From: Eledone cirrhosa
Lineage: Eukaryota
Length of the DNA: 64,000 bases
Assembly (NCBI GenBank): GCA_964016885.1
Contig: OZ024740.1
Location: 46,748,001-46,812,000 of the forward strand
Direction: 5' to 3'
Below the pieces are notes generated by a model. The model did no database searches. It had not been told where the DNA came from and was given only the letters and a program-made list of their open reading frames with translations. This document shows positions 35,949 through 48,600 of this stretch, in pieces. Positions within the stretch are counted from its first letter, which is position 1. Each line of letters starts with the position of its first letter. The translations under genes and the position numbers were made by a program.

Positions 35949-36164
35949 AGGGAGTGGTTGGTGGTGAAATATGCGTATGAGGTTTGGAAAATAAATAAGT
36001 TTTCTAGGTTGTCTCCCTTGATTAAATAACAACAACAACAACAACAACATCAACAACTTGTCGATGTAGGCATTGGAGAATCAGAAAAATATACAATTAC
36101 TTTGTGACACTACTTGCATGGAAAACAGCATTTGAGTTAGTGTTAATATATATTTAATGTAGGG

Positions 36165-36166
<2 letters not shown>

Positions 36167-36236
<70 letters not shown>
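36167..36236. repeat. (CA)n microsatellite
   Basis: Directly visible. Confidence 0.95.
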
Positions 36237-36237
<1 letters not shown>

Positions 36238-36291
36238 GAAAGATAATCGTAAAGAAATGCTGTGAGGAAAAACATTAGCCACTGACTTATA

Positions 36292-36366
36292 TTGTTTCAA
36301 TTGTTTCGACAAGTAAGGGAGGCAACTTTAGGCATATTTTGGTCTCATGACTTCATCAGCGAAACA
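36292..36366 (-). ncRNA. Degenerate hammerhead-like motif lacking the cleavage triplet
   Basis: Minus strand: TGTTTCG-CTGATGA-[45 nt]-GAAAC-AATT-GAAACA. Confidence 0.35.
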
Positions 36367-36854
36367 TACTTTTGACTGTAATTTACGAAATAGTGATGTA
36401 ATAATCTCTGAGTAAATGACCGACGAAAATATAATCTTTGGTATAGAAACTAAAATTGCTTATTCTATATATAATTCTAGTTTTCTACGACAAACAGTAT
36501 ATATTTTTCTACATTTATTTAATGATACTTGTATCACTATTCTGGTAAGTACGGTAACATCTATTTCTATTTTGTCAAACATTTTGTCAGACGCTCTGAC
36601 TAGATACATCTAACATATCAAGCAGGTATATAATCAAAGATGTCCCTAACGTGACCAGCTTGCTTTTTTGAGGCATATTATATCTGGGACTACATTATAG
36701 AATATGTACTCTATTAAAAAAAAGCCAGGAGGGGTGGGATTGGATTAAAGTTTTCCTGTTATTTTTAACAGGTCGAATGTCCACGCAGAGGTTTCCTTGT
36801 TAGCCTATCTACGTTTGTATTTTCTCAAAGAGGTACTTTTTTATGGTGGAAAAT

Positions 36855-37120
36855 GCGCGTGGTTTAGGAGCTAAGGTATTAGGCTCACGATCGTACTGTC
36901 GTGTCTGACATGTGTCCTTCAGCAAGACAATTTAATTCATGTTGTTCCAGTTCACTCAGCTGGCAAAAATGAGTTGTACTTGTAATTTCGTGTCAAGCTG
37001 AATCTCACTGAGAACTAGATTAAGGATACACGTGTCTATGAAATACCCAGCCACTTGCACGTTAATTTTACGAGCAAGCTGTTCTGTTGATAGAATCAAT
37101 TGGGACACCCATCGTCAGAG
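36855..37120 (+). mobile_element. Second SINE family copy
   Basis: Homologous to 4305-4600. Confidence 0.6.
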
Positions 37121-37809
37121 CTGCTAGATGGCCAACACACACATCCTTATGACAAGCTACGTACATTTTTTGATGAGATATTCTTTAAAAAATCATATTG
37201 ACTTTTACTGACAAGCCATTGAGATGGAATTGATAATGCTACGTGACTAAACAATGTTGAAAGTTAAAACATTGGATTCCGAAGAAACTAGGGATAGTTC
37301 GCAGAGGCAATTTTCTTCGAAGAAAGTCTCTACCTTTCCTTACACTCCTACTGTGAACCCCCCTAACTGTTGATCATATGATTTAATTCACCAGTCATTC
37401 ATATGCCTGTTGTACTCATCACTGACAATTATTAATACCTTTAAATGGCTGCGATTTTATGTCATCTGGTCTTTTAATCTTATCCCTGTAAACACAGAAA
37501 TGTTAGTCTTTTCTTTGTTGATGAAGACTTTCTACTTTCCGTAATTTCAAGAATTCTGTAAGCTATATTCATTGTACTAGTGTTGTTGATTCATTTCGAT
37601 AACAAATGGTCTATAAGCTGCAAGGTACAGTAAAATCCATCTACATAGATAGTGTGTTCCTTCAGATGTGGCTCCATCAGTCAAAGATTTTGATAGCATA
37701 TTCACTTTGAGGATATGTGTTTTGTATGATGTGTTGGAGCAGAAGTAATTCAAAATATTGTAGGCATATTCTGCGCTTGCATCATATAACCTTCAACATT
37801 TTATATGGT

Positions 37810-39229
37810 ACTAGCAGCTGAGCCCATTTGCACCCGGGGCCACTTTTTATTAAGTTAATAATTTGAAAAATATTATTGAAAGTTTATTATAAAGAAGCAG
37901 TTTCAGGAAAAAAAATAGAAATATGCACTTGGGGCTGGACGGCGTACAATGAGAAGTGGGGCGACGTGAAAAGCGTTGTTTATTAACAGCGAAATAACAA
38001 TGTCGATGATATGCAATTTGAAAAATACTACTTACTGTTAGTGGTGGTTAACATGTATTAGAATTAAAATAAAAACACGCGCCCCTTCTTCGCAATTTCG
38101 CAAAAAAAAAAAAAAAAAGAAATTTCATTTAAGTCGATACTTGGTTTTAGTGTCCTAAATTATCATCATCGACATTCAATTATTAGCTCCACCCACTACA
38201 CGATACGTCACAACACGTCATCAGCTGCTGCTGCTTGATTTTTACATGTTCATTTTCTTACATGCTTCATTTTTACACGATAAAACATTGAATTTTTAGA
38301 ATAATATTTGTTAAAATATTAACAGAGAAAATTAGATTTTTGATTTATTTTTTGAACAAAATAAATATTTATTTACAGTTTTTCACAGAAAAACTATGCT
38401 TTATTTTTACATGAATATTTATTTACAGTTTTTAAGTTTTTAACCGAAACACTATGCTTCATTTTTACATGAATATTTATTTACAGTTTTTAACAGAAAA
38501 AAAATTGCTGCGAAATACATTTTTTTAAAAACAGATTTACAGTTTTTAACAACAGAAAACAAATTTCTTTAAACAATATATTGTTGCGATATACAGTTTA
38601 AATTTTTTTCGAAATATTTACCTTCGTGACGCATCGTGTAGTGGGTGGAGCTAATAATTGAATGTCGATGATGATAATTTAGGACACTAAAACCAAGTAT
38701 CGCCAAGGGTTTTATTTCTTTTCATGGAAATCAGTGACCGTAGTGCAGAATCAATTTCATAAAACGGTATTGTATGATCGTTAAATGTAGAAGGATGCTA
38801 GTTTATTAACAGCGAAATAGCAATGTCGATGATATGCAAGTTTAAAAATGCATATTATGAAGGTTTGTATGATAGTTTACACTTTTTCCTGAAACTGCTT
38901 CTTTATAATAAACTTTCAATAATATTTTTCAAATTATTGGTACTGTATGTTAACAGCGAAAGAACGTTGATGAGTTTAAAAATGTGTATGAAATTGTAAA
39001 TAAGACAAAAGTATTAGAACAGGGGGAAATAATTCACCGAACGCGATAGTTTTGGGGCCCCAGGGACCACATTTTTCAAGTTAGAGATTTGAAACCTCGT
39101 CTATTTGCTTCCTTGGCACTTTTTACATAGGTGTGTAAATTTTCATGTCAGTCTGACCACATCTACTACCATTTAACCGTGCACATTTGAATTTCAACCA
39201 CCGCCCATTTCACAAATATATATTAGATT
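37810..39229 (+). mobile_element. Non-autonomous Helentron/HINE-like element with nested inverted repeats and a central minisatellite
   Basis: 5' ACTAGC..CCC..CCCGGG end; 3' aaattttcatgtc...aatatatattagat end; internal ~50-57 bp tandem units at 38330-38600. Confidence 0.65.
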
Positions 39230-40796
39230 TCATCATTATTATTCGTGGGGGAGGGATTTGGACATTGAATTGTTTGAAAACCCACCGGCTCTTGACACCA
39301 ATTATTATCTTATTCAAACGAAGCGCATGAAATGGGTTAAAGGTAGCTTGGATCTCTTCAGAAGTAAATTGCAATGGCTATATCGACCTATCCTTTCTTT
39401 TTGATCTTGTGAAAGAAACTTTATAAGATAAAGACTAGGAGAGGTGAATATTTTGTAATAGAGCAGTGTGTGAAATCCTGTTACATCGAACCAGTTGTCT
39501 TTGATATCAGACCGTTTGTCAATCACCATCATCATACAGGTCACAGACAATTTTCGAAGATCTATATAAGTAATTGGTTTCCGCTACTAGTGAGTCAAAT
39601 ATTTCTTACAAATTTTCTCCTTGAGATATTCATTGATATTATTCAGCAAAGTGAATTGAGCATCTTCATTAATTACCCGATTGAAATAGTAAAAATACTA
39701 GACGTGTTTCATTTACAAAAGTAGTTGCTACTCCAGTAAAACGGTGGAGCAAATCAAAAATGATTTTGAGATGAATTATCCAATTTAGCATCAATCTATC
39801 AGTCAGAATGAGGGAAGCCGTTGTTGTATCATACCTACATCTTGATAATGAGTTGTTCTTTCTACCACCTTTGTATTTCCCAACAAGTGGCTCTATCTTA
39901 GTTTCCAGTATTTTTTTTAGAAACTGCCATTTCAAATTTTCTCTCTCTTCCCTGTATACATGTTTATCTGAAGTAAATCGAGACTCATTAAAATGGCTGA
40001 CAAGTTAAGATCTACATCGTTCTTACTGTCATCACTATCCTGATTCTACTGACGAAGGAAAATTTGTACTTGTCAGGCTGATCATGAAGGATTTTAGACT
40101 CGATATTGAGTCTTGTTGAAACATTGTATATGCACACTTATTTACTAGAAATGATGTTTCTGTAAAAAAAGAAAGCGTTTAAAATTTTGAAAATGTTTAT
40201 AAAAAAAAATGAGAAAAGAAAAACAAATGACACCAAATGACACCAAGGAATTAAATATACTCCTTGTTTCGAATGTTGTCAGCTGTTGATAGACTTCTAA
40301 TATTGTCTCACAAACTCAATTCTTTTACAGCTGCTATTACAATGGGTACAACTCTTCAGAATATTATTTTGTGCTGTACCGACGGCATTCACAAGTCCAC
40401 CGAGGCAGTGATATCAGTGCGGTTAACGTTCCTCTTGTATAGTTGTAAATCAATAGTTGTCGGACGTACCTCAAATCTACTGAAAAGTTCCCAATATATC
40501 TATCTTTGATTATTATTGTTTCGCCCTGATCAATCAGATCTATAATCAGAAGCGTTCTAGCAATGAACATTCTGTCTTTACCTTTTTAGCTACCATGTAT
40601 CTGATACTCTCAATATCTTCTTTCATTTAAACAATAGTGTGTAATTTAAGGGAAATTTCACTGCTATTTCTAGACCATGATCGTGGTGTTGGTGATACGG
40701 AACATCAAGAACATGGCCATTATCAATCTGAGTGAGGACTATTTAGAGAATGGCTGTTTGAGAGTGAGTCAATATTATTATCCTAGTCATAGAATG

Positions 40797-40947
40797 ATAA
40801 TTGTTTCTACGTTTGGCACAAGGCCAGCAATTAACCTCAGTGTATTACTGGTACTTGATTTTATCGACCCCGTAAGAATGAAAGGCAAAGTTAACCTCGG
40901 CAGGATTTGAACTCAGATCGTAAAGGGCCGTAACTCTATGCTGGAAA
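40797..40947 (-). mobile_element. tRNA-derived SINE, 5'-truncated
   Basis: Family match. Confidence 0.85.
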
Positions 40948-41049
40948 TGCTTGGTCAAGATTGAACCCCAGACCAGTACTTTCATCGTCTCTAATACCTA
41001 CCACTAGGCCACAGAGACAGCTAGTCATAGAATAATAATATAGACTCAA

Positions 41050-41240
41050 GGGCGGTGGATTAGCCGAATCGGTAGTGTCGGACGCCATGCTTTGCAACAT
41101 AGAGTTACGACCCTTTACGGTCTTAGTTCAAATCCCGCCAAGGTTAACTTTGCCTTTCAACCTTAAGGGGCCGATAAAATAAAATACCAGTAATGCACTG
41201 GGATAATTGCTAGCCTTGTTCCAAAAGTAGAAACAATTAT
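41050..41240 (+). mobile_element. tRNA-derived SINE, full length
   Basis: Family match; ctagtcataga repeated on both sides (41021 and 41245). Confidence 0.85.
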
Positions 41241-42109
41241 TATCCTAGTCATAGACACAGCACAATGCTCGTGACAGAATATGAACTATTCATATCTTTA
41301 GATGGTTACCAACTAGTCTATTGACTCGATCGTCCACAGTCAACCATTCTGTGTGGTGAATGCTGGAGTTTACCCTGTTAAACATTTGACTATATCCAGG
41401 ATGTCTGTTAGCATTAATAAAAAAGACAGTTAAACGTAGGTTTTGTTTATGGGAAGGTTCCAATTTTTGCATTGAAAGCTAACGAAATCCTCATTTATAG
41501 AATACCCAACTACCTACTACGGTTTATGTAACCCTGTTTGGTACCCATTCAAGAACAGTCCAGTGCCAATGACGAGCCATACAAATTCAACAAATTTCTA
41601 TAATTTTCTTCTCTTCTAATATACATTTAATATAAATGATGTCACTATAAATTCCAAACCTCATAATTCTGATATTTCACGAAGAGCCCATCTTTAGAGA
41701 CAAAAAATACTTACCTCAAATAAGTTTTTGACACTCTAGAAGCTGAAGTGCTACTCACATTAAAGTACATCTCACATTGAGGGAATTGTGCAGCTTCTAT
41801 ATCCACATACATAATAAACTGCTTTTAAATATAAACTGACTGTCTGAGTTGCAAAGTTTCATTCACCAACACGCTTCAATTACGCCGACCTTCCTCCACC
41901 GAACTAAATAATAACAAGTGATGTGTTTTACAAGGAAAATATTGTATTCACAAAGCAAAGACTGGGACGGAACTTTCAACGTCTGTTTGAATGACTGGTT
42001 GGGTTTAATGACCAAACATCATTATCAAACTACAGTAACATTGAGCTTCTTTTGAATTTAAAACAGTTCCACATACTTGTGCGTCTGTTTGTTTGTTCGG
42101 GTCTGTACA

Positions 42110-42502
42110 AGTATGTGTGTGTGTGTATGTGTGTGCGTGTGCGTGTGTGTGAGTGTGCGCGTATGTCTATGTGTTTGTGTGCGCATACAGTAGTGTGTGT
42201 TTTAGTTGGTTGCATTCCTATCCACTATAGAAACATGACGTGTCTTTCCTCTGTAAAGTTATTTTATTACATATAGATAGCTATATATCAGTGAATCACA
42301 CACACACACACACACACACATACCCACACACGCAAAGATACACACACACACACACACACACACAGAGACAGACACACACACAGACACACAGACACACACA
42401 CACACAGCACCCCCTAAGAAAGCAACAACGGCAGTAGCAGCAGCAACAACACCAACACCAACAGCAACAACAACAACAACAACAATAATAATAACAATAA
42501 CA
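42110..42502. repeat. Compound (TG)n/(CA)n/(CAA)n microsatellite cluster
   Basis: Directly visible. Confidence 0.9.
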
Positions 42503-44011
42503 AAAATAGGTTTACATAATTTAGTTTTCACATTTGTGCACTTCCTTACTTTGTGTTTTATTTAGCTTTATTCTCCTGCGGGACCAACTTAGTAGTTGGC
42601 ATTTGTAATTTAGGAAAAGAAAGCATTTATTCATCAAGTCGAGATTATCCTGTATTTCTATTTTGGTTAATCATTTCTGTCTGCCTCGAACAAGATCAAA
42701 TATCTTTAAAAAAGTATAAAAAAAAAATAAATAAATAAATAATTAAATTGTCTAAATGTTATTTTTCGAATTCTCACAAATTTATAAATTTATTTTTTAC
42801 ATCCGGCGTTCGGAGGAGTGGAAAAAAAAAATACAAAAACAAAAATAAAAACCAGCCCACTTCCCACAAAAAAACAAAACAACCAAAAAGAAAACCCTAA
42901 CAGCAATGTCTAGCAATTCTTCTGCTTTTGTGTAGTGTTAAGGAATGGATGTCTTCTCTGCTGTTCCTACCCCATTACTTGAACATTACTAGCAAAGTGA
43001 ATACCCTTTCTACACAAAATCACCTGATGCATACCTCTCTCTCTTCCTCACACCCCTTCATCGTCTCTGGCACCCTCATTCTTCTTATTCCTCCTCCACT
43101 ATCACCCACCTCTTCCATCTTGCTCCTCTATCCTCTTCATCGTCTTTCCTCTCCCTCATCCTCTCCACAACACCCACTCCACTTCCGCCTCCCCTTCACC
43201 TTCTTCTTCCCCATACCCCTCTTCTCCCCCTCCCGTAACTGAATTACGTCTCACCCCAAACTCAAACACAACACCCCCACCTTTCCCAATCATTCACTTC
43301 TAGAACTGCATCTGTCCGTGATTCACTCTCCACCCACGCCTTTCCTACAGACGTCACCACTTTCATCAACCTCAACAAACCCCAACACCTCATCAGTCTT
43401 AACAATCTTATCAATCACATCAATCTCAACAATCTTAGTAGAACATCAATCTTACCAGTTTGGAAAGACCTTCAGACGTCATTGGTTGTTGTCCTTTTTC
43501 TTCTGAGAGAATATTAACCCCCCCCCCCCCAACACACACACACAGCAACTACAATAAAAAAACGTACACGAGTATGTCTCTTAACACTTTCAATACTGAC
43601 TTTAAAAAGTAATGGTATGGTTTTAAATGAAGATAGTTAATTTTGGTCCAAGTAAACTAGTAACATATATTTTTATGTGCATTAAAAAAAAAAAGAGTAT
43701 GCACATGGGATATTTTTGTCCAAGGTATTGTAAATTTGAACGCCTGCATCCCAACAGTATTTCCATTGCTCTATATGATTCACAATAAAGATAAGAAAAA
43801 TAACTACTTATTGCTATATTATGGTGAATATTGGAAATAGTATTCAGTAGAATATAAACTATATTTTGAGATGTACGTGTCCTTGAAAGGATTAAAGAGT
43901 TAATATTATAATATAGAGTTACTAAGGTACAGTTGGTTCTAGTTAGGATTTTGGTGAGAAGAAATACGAAGAAATGACAGTGTAGGAAAGAAATCAATAT
44001 TTCCAATGACT

Positions 44012-44207
44012 AGGGTGTTGGATTATCAGAACTGGTAGAGCATCTCATAAAGTACACTTCCGGTATTTGTTATGGTTCTTTACATTTTGAATTCAAATCC
44101 CACCGAGGTCAATTTTGCTTTCCACCCTTCTGAGATCGATAAAATAAAGTACCAATCAAGTAGTGGGTTGATTTAATCAACTTTGTTGGTTTTGTACTTA
44201 AATTAGA
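44012..44207 (+). mobile_element. Older tRNA-derived SINE with ~20-bp flanking duplication
   Basis: gaaatcaatattt(c/t)caatgact at ~43990 and ~44206. Confidence 0.65.
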
Positions 44208-44319
44208 AATCAATATTTTCAATGACTCTGTTGTCGGAAACAGAGTAAATAACTCGAAGCAAGTAAGCCCTGAACAAACCTAAAACGCGATCCGGTTTCA
44301 AATTCTGTCTGAAGTTATT

Positions 44320-45132
44320 TCACTTCGCTTACACTGCCGAGTTGTAAGTGGTATCAAGAGTGGTGGGTGTATGATCAGTCGGTTGGAATTTGTGGACAAC
44401 ATGGTATTACTTAACTCATCAGAAGGTGATCTCCGACATGCACTTGCCTACTGCTCGACAGGAATGAAAATCAGTGCTGTGAAGACTGAGGCACTCATCC
44501 TCTCATTGAAGCCTGTGCAGTGTACTCTACATATGAATGGAGTTCTACTGAAGCAGGTGGAGAAGTTCAAGTATCTTGGGGCCGTGTTCACAAGTGATAG
44601 AAGAAAAGAGGCTGAATTAAGTGCAAGAATTGCTGGAGTTTTGGTGCAGTAATACTTCATCTTTAGCATTCTGTCATGAGAAGTAGGTAGGTGTAAAAAC
44701 CAAACACGCTATATTTAATACGGTTTCGTGTCAACCCTTACCTATTGAGTAATGACCGAAAGAGTACGATCCCGAATACAAGCGGCCAAAATGTCATTCC
44801 TGCGAAAGTCTGCGCAGCTTGGAGATCAGAAAGTCGCTCCAGGTAGAACCACTACTTCTCCGAATTGAAAAATCACAGCTCCGATATAATAAACATGTGG
44901 TTAGAATGTTTCAGGAAAGAATTGCTGGGCAGATTGTACGGGCAATACCAACCGACAAGACACCCAGGGGTTGATCCCGAGGAACTTAGCTGGATAATAT
45001 CCATGATCTCGGCTGGCCTCACTTGGGGATCCAGCCAGATCAATTGGAGACGGTTGCTTCTGACAAGACCCATTGGAAGGCGTGCATGAGGACTTCGCCT
45101 CCTGACCTTCCTAGGAACAAGTGTGCGAAGAA
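44320..45132 (+). mobile_element. RTE-clade LINE 3' fragment, same family as 2215-3560
   Basis: GMKISAVKTEAL...KQVEKFKYLGAVFTSD; same 3' UTR. Confidence 0.85.
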
Positions 45133-46770
45133 ATTTTTCTGCACGAAGAACACCTAGTTAAGTGGGGTGTAGGTAACACACTGGATATTCGTGAGGTCCC
45201 AACACATCGCCAAATATCTTAATTAAGATTACACCCGCAGAGAAGAAAAAAGTCATTAGGTTAAATTATAATTCTTGTTACAGAAAGGCAATTCAGACAA
45301 CTCATAAATTGAAATTATATAAAAATTAAATATGGGCATCGTGCAATGGGAATGAACGTGCTTTCTATTATCTTAACTTCACTTTCTTATGTAATGACCG
45401 ATAAAAAAAAATTGAACGATGTTTCCCTAACGCAGTCACAACATAGCCTTCAACAAATCATAATTTGATGATGAGGATTTCATATGGCTATTTTTAAAAA
45501 GAAAAATATTCCCCCAGTTTTATGTAAGTCTTCAGACAATGAGACAAGTAATTCTATATTGCTATAAACAAGTAACTTTATATTTCTATTTCTGCAGATT
45601 TAATCGGTTTTCAAAAAGCAGGCTTAAGGCGGTGAAGTGGCACAGTCGTGAGGGTGTCAGATTAAATGCCTTGGTCTTTCTTCCATCTCACTGTGCGCTG
45701 AGTTACAATGCTGCTAAGATCATCTTTGCTTCTCATCTTTTCGAGGTCGATAAATAAAGTACTAGTCTAATACTGGTGTCAATTCCTCCTGCCTCTCTTT
45801 CGTTCTCTGGAAGAAATCGCCTATGTTAAGACCTGAAGATGAATGGGTTTTACCAGCTTTAAAATGCCCAGGACTTTGACTCTATCAGGAGTTAAGAGTT
45901 CTTTCCTTTCTATTTCCTAAAACAATTTTACCAATTTTTTTTTTACATCAAGTTTACGGGAAATGTTATATTGAAAAAAATGAAACATCGAGGGAACCTT
46001 CAAATTTTGTTTTTTTAAAAACCAATTATAATTATTTTAGGGTGAAATGACTGAATGGATAAGGAATTGTTGGACAACCAATTGATGTGTTTGGAATTTA
46101 TATTTGTCATATGCTTTCATTATGTTTAAGTACCAGTAATGCACTGGGTAATTGCTGGCCTTGTGCCTAAAGTAGAAACAATTATGTTTCTAGAAATAAG
46201 TCATGTCAGGATAGGTACCACTTTCTCCAGCAAACGACAAAAATGACAAATAGACAAAAAAAAAAAAAGTACACCCACTCATACACACTCACAAAAACGG
46301 ATGTTTGGCGTTAATCTCTCACAAAACCAACATTTTATTGATGTTGACACAGATGAGATCAACTTCCCAATTTTAGAGTCAACGAGAAGCCTCTACTAGG
46401 TCGTTCGCTCTACTAGAAATAGCAGCCAAGTCTCACAGGCATCTTAAAAAAGAACAAGTTAGATAATGCAGTCATGGGTTTCATTCAAAAAGGAAAAACG
46501 ACAGTACGGTAACAAGTGGAATACTTTTGATGATAGGTCTGCTCAAGCAGTAAAGTGGGTGCTAATGTAATTAAATACAGTGAACCTAGAGTTCTTAGAT
46601 GATTAACTTGCAGTATTTGTGAAGAGAACAAATCGCTATCTTAATGGAAATGTAAATTTTTTGAAAAAAGAAAAGGCATTTAGTGAGAAGTGAACCTGAT
46701 CTTTGGGAGTTTGGTTACAACTCTGGATATTTTAGAACATAATCAGCGAAGCTTAGCTTTACCCTTATAT

Positions 46771-47065
46771 ATGATGAAGCTGCTCTTAGCCAATTACGTA
46801 AAGCTTAACATCATTACCTAATTTCTGTGCACGCCAGTTCCATATGGACTGTGGCCAGCAGATGGAGTAACAGAAACTAATACATTAGTCCGGGGCCAGA
46901 GAATCAAACTCTATACTCACACTGTTTTTCACACTGTTTAACGAATAGGTATACACTCTGCTTTCCTTTTGGTTAGTATCTTAATGATACTGGCTTAATT
47001 AAAGCATTGAGCGAGTGGGAAAACGATCGAAAGCATTTCAGTCCTATCCGATGACTTCGTTTCAG

Positions 47066-47070
<5 letters not shown>
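46771..47070 (+). mobile_element. ~300-bp dispersed repeat carrying a hammerhead-like motif (copy A, truncated at the core)
   Basis: Homologous to 49758-50057; TGATGA at 46772, GAAAC-TAATACATTA-GTC at 46873-46890. Confidence 0.6.
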
Positions 47071-47099
<29 letters not shown>

Positions 47100-47108
47100 C
47101 CTTTTCCG

Positions 47109-47147
47109 TGAGCTGAGGATCCGAATAAGGTGAAACATTTGTTCTCA
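47109..47147 (+). ncRNA. Minimal type-I hammerhead ribozyme-like motif
   Basis: TGAG-CTGAGGA-tCCgaataaGGt-GAAAC-attt-GTT-CTCA. Confidence 0.55.
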
Positions 47148-47174
47148 GTATGGTGAACTAACTGTTGTGGAACT

Positions 47175-47224
<50 letters not shown>

Positions 47225-47234
47225 CTCCCCCCCC

Positions 47235-47287
<53 letters not shown>

Positions 47288-47905
47288 CGTGTATATTAGG
47301 ACGCCTTCTGCATGGAAAGAAGATAGTCAAATAAGCCAAGAAATGTTAATTAGTTCAAATTATAACAAAGTAAGTAGAACAATCTAATTGTTCAGCCTCA
47401 GATCAGTGTTTTAAAGAGTATACATATGTACACTATTTAATATGTCCTTTTCATACTTAAGTCGGTAGGGTATGATTTGAAAGAGATTTATCTGCTATTT
47501 CTTCCAGGTTAAACGATCATACAGAGGACCCGCCATTAGCTTGGCATACATAGGCCCCAAACGTGGGTGATAAACGTACTAAGAAACATCCCTAGTGTAT
47601 CATCTTTCAAAAACTCAGCTTACCTTTCAAATAGTAAACCACGAAGGTAAAATATTTCGTACGTTTGTTGACTTCTAACTCTGGAGGAAGACCACACATG
47701 TCTTGGAAGCAACAGTTAATTAAATCAAACTCAGTTATTAACTAGTGATTTATTTTTATTGACCTCTGTTGGACGAAAGGCCATGTTGACTTCAGCAGGA
47801 TTTTTAGCTCGGAATGTAAACGTATGTAACTAAATACCACTACTGTCCTATCGATTCACCCATTCCGACAGCCTTTTTTGTACATGGACAAACCTACAAG
47901 GGCAA

Positions 47906-48174
47906 CAGCGGCGTGCAGATATCTGGTGATGCCCGGGTAAAAATCTTGATTGTATGCCCCAAAGACTCAAGTATAAGGCCTAATATACTGAGAAATATTA
48001 TGGGAAAGGAAACATTTTGAATATATAAACACAGATGAAACATGAAATAAACGCTTTATTCGATTTTAATATAAATCAATCAAATTTATTAAGTTCTTTT
48101 CCCCAAATGATGCCTTCCATCCAAAGGATGCCGGAGGCCAACACACCGTGGCCCCCTCCCTTTGCACGCTACCG
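47906..48174. mobile_element. hAT-like MITE
   Basis: Imperfect TIRs CAGCGGCGTGCA ... TGCACGCTACCG; TSD not convincing. Confidence 0.5.
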
Positions 48175-48468
48175 AAGGCCCTCCCCCCCAAGAAAAATTT
48201 CACCTCGAACGTGAGACAAGTGTGATAGCAATGAAATCTCCGAGGTTCATCCCCTTCCCCATCCAATATCTGAAAAGCGAGCAATTTCCGACGGTCAGAT
48301 TAGTTATAAACACACAACCCCCCCCCCCCAAAAAAAAATTAGGAAAACATTTCTACCCAAACCCGAGACAGGGAAAGTAACAAAAGGAAGAGTGAAACGC
48401 TCGAACGCTTCTTCCCCGAACGCGCATGTAAACACACGCACACACTCACATATGCACCCCTCACACAG

Positions 48469-48600
<132 letters not shown>

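Larger units (their letters stand above)
37330..41800 (-). pseudogene. Probable decayed multi-exon protein-coding gene, family not recognised
   Basis: Coding-like, non-repetitive minus-strand segments with stops and frameshifts; splice signals at 41714 (GAG|GTAAGT), 40260 (donor) and 40161 (polypyrimidine-CAG); interrupted by HINE and SINEs. Confidence 0.35.

Noticed and set aside
43965-44252. SINE-interrupted long-stem-II hammerhead (cGAAGA-AATGACAG...CTGTTGTCG-GAAAC-AGA-GTA)
   Set aside because: Core is incomplete and stem I does not pair; too degenerate to claim.
47035-47070. Minus-strand GAAAC-GAA-GTC half hammerhead (also ~50030-50050 and ~878-897)
   Set aside because: No properly placed CUGANGA.
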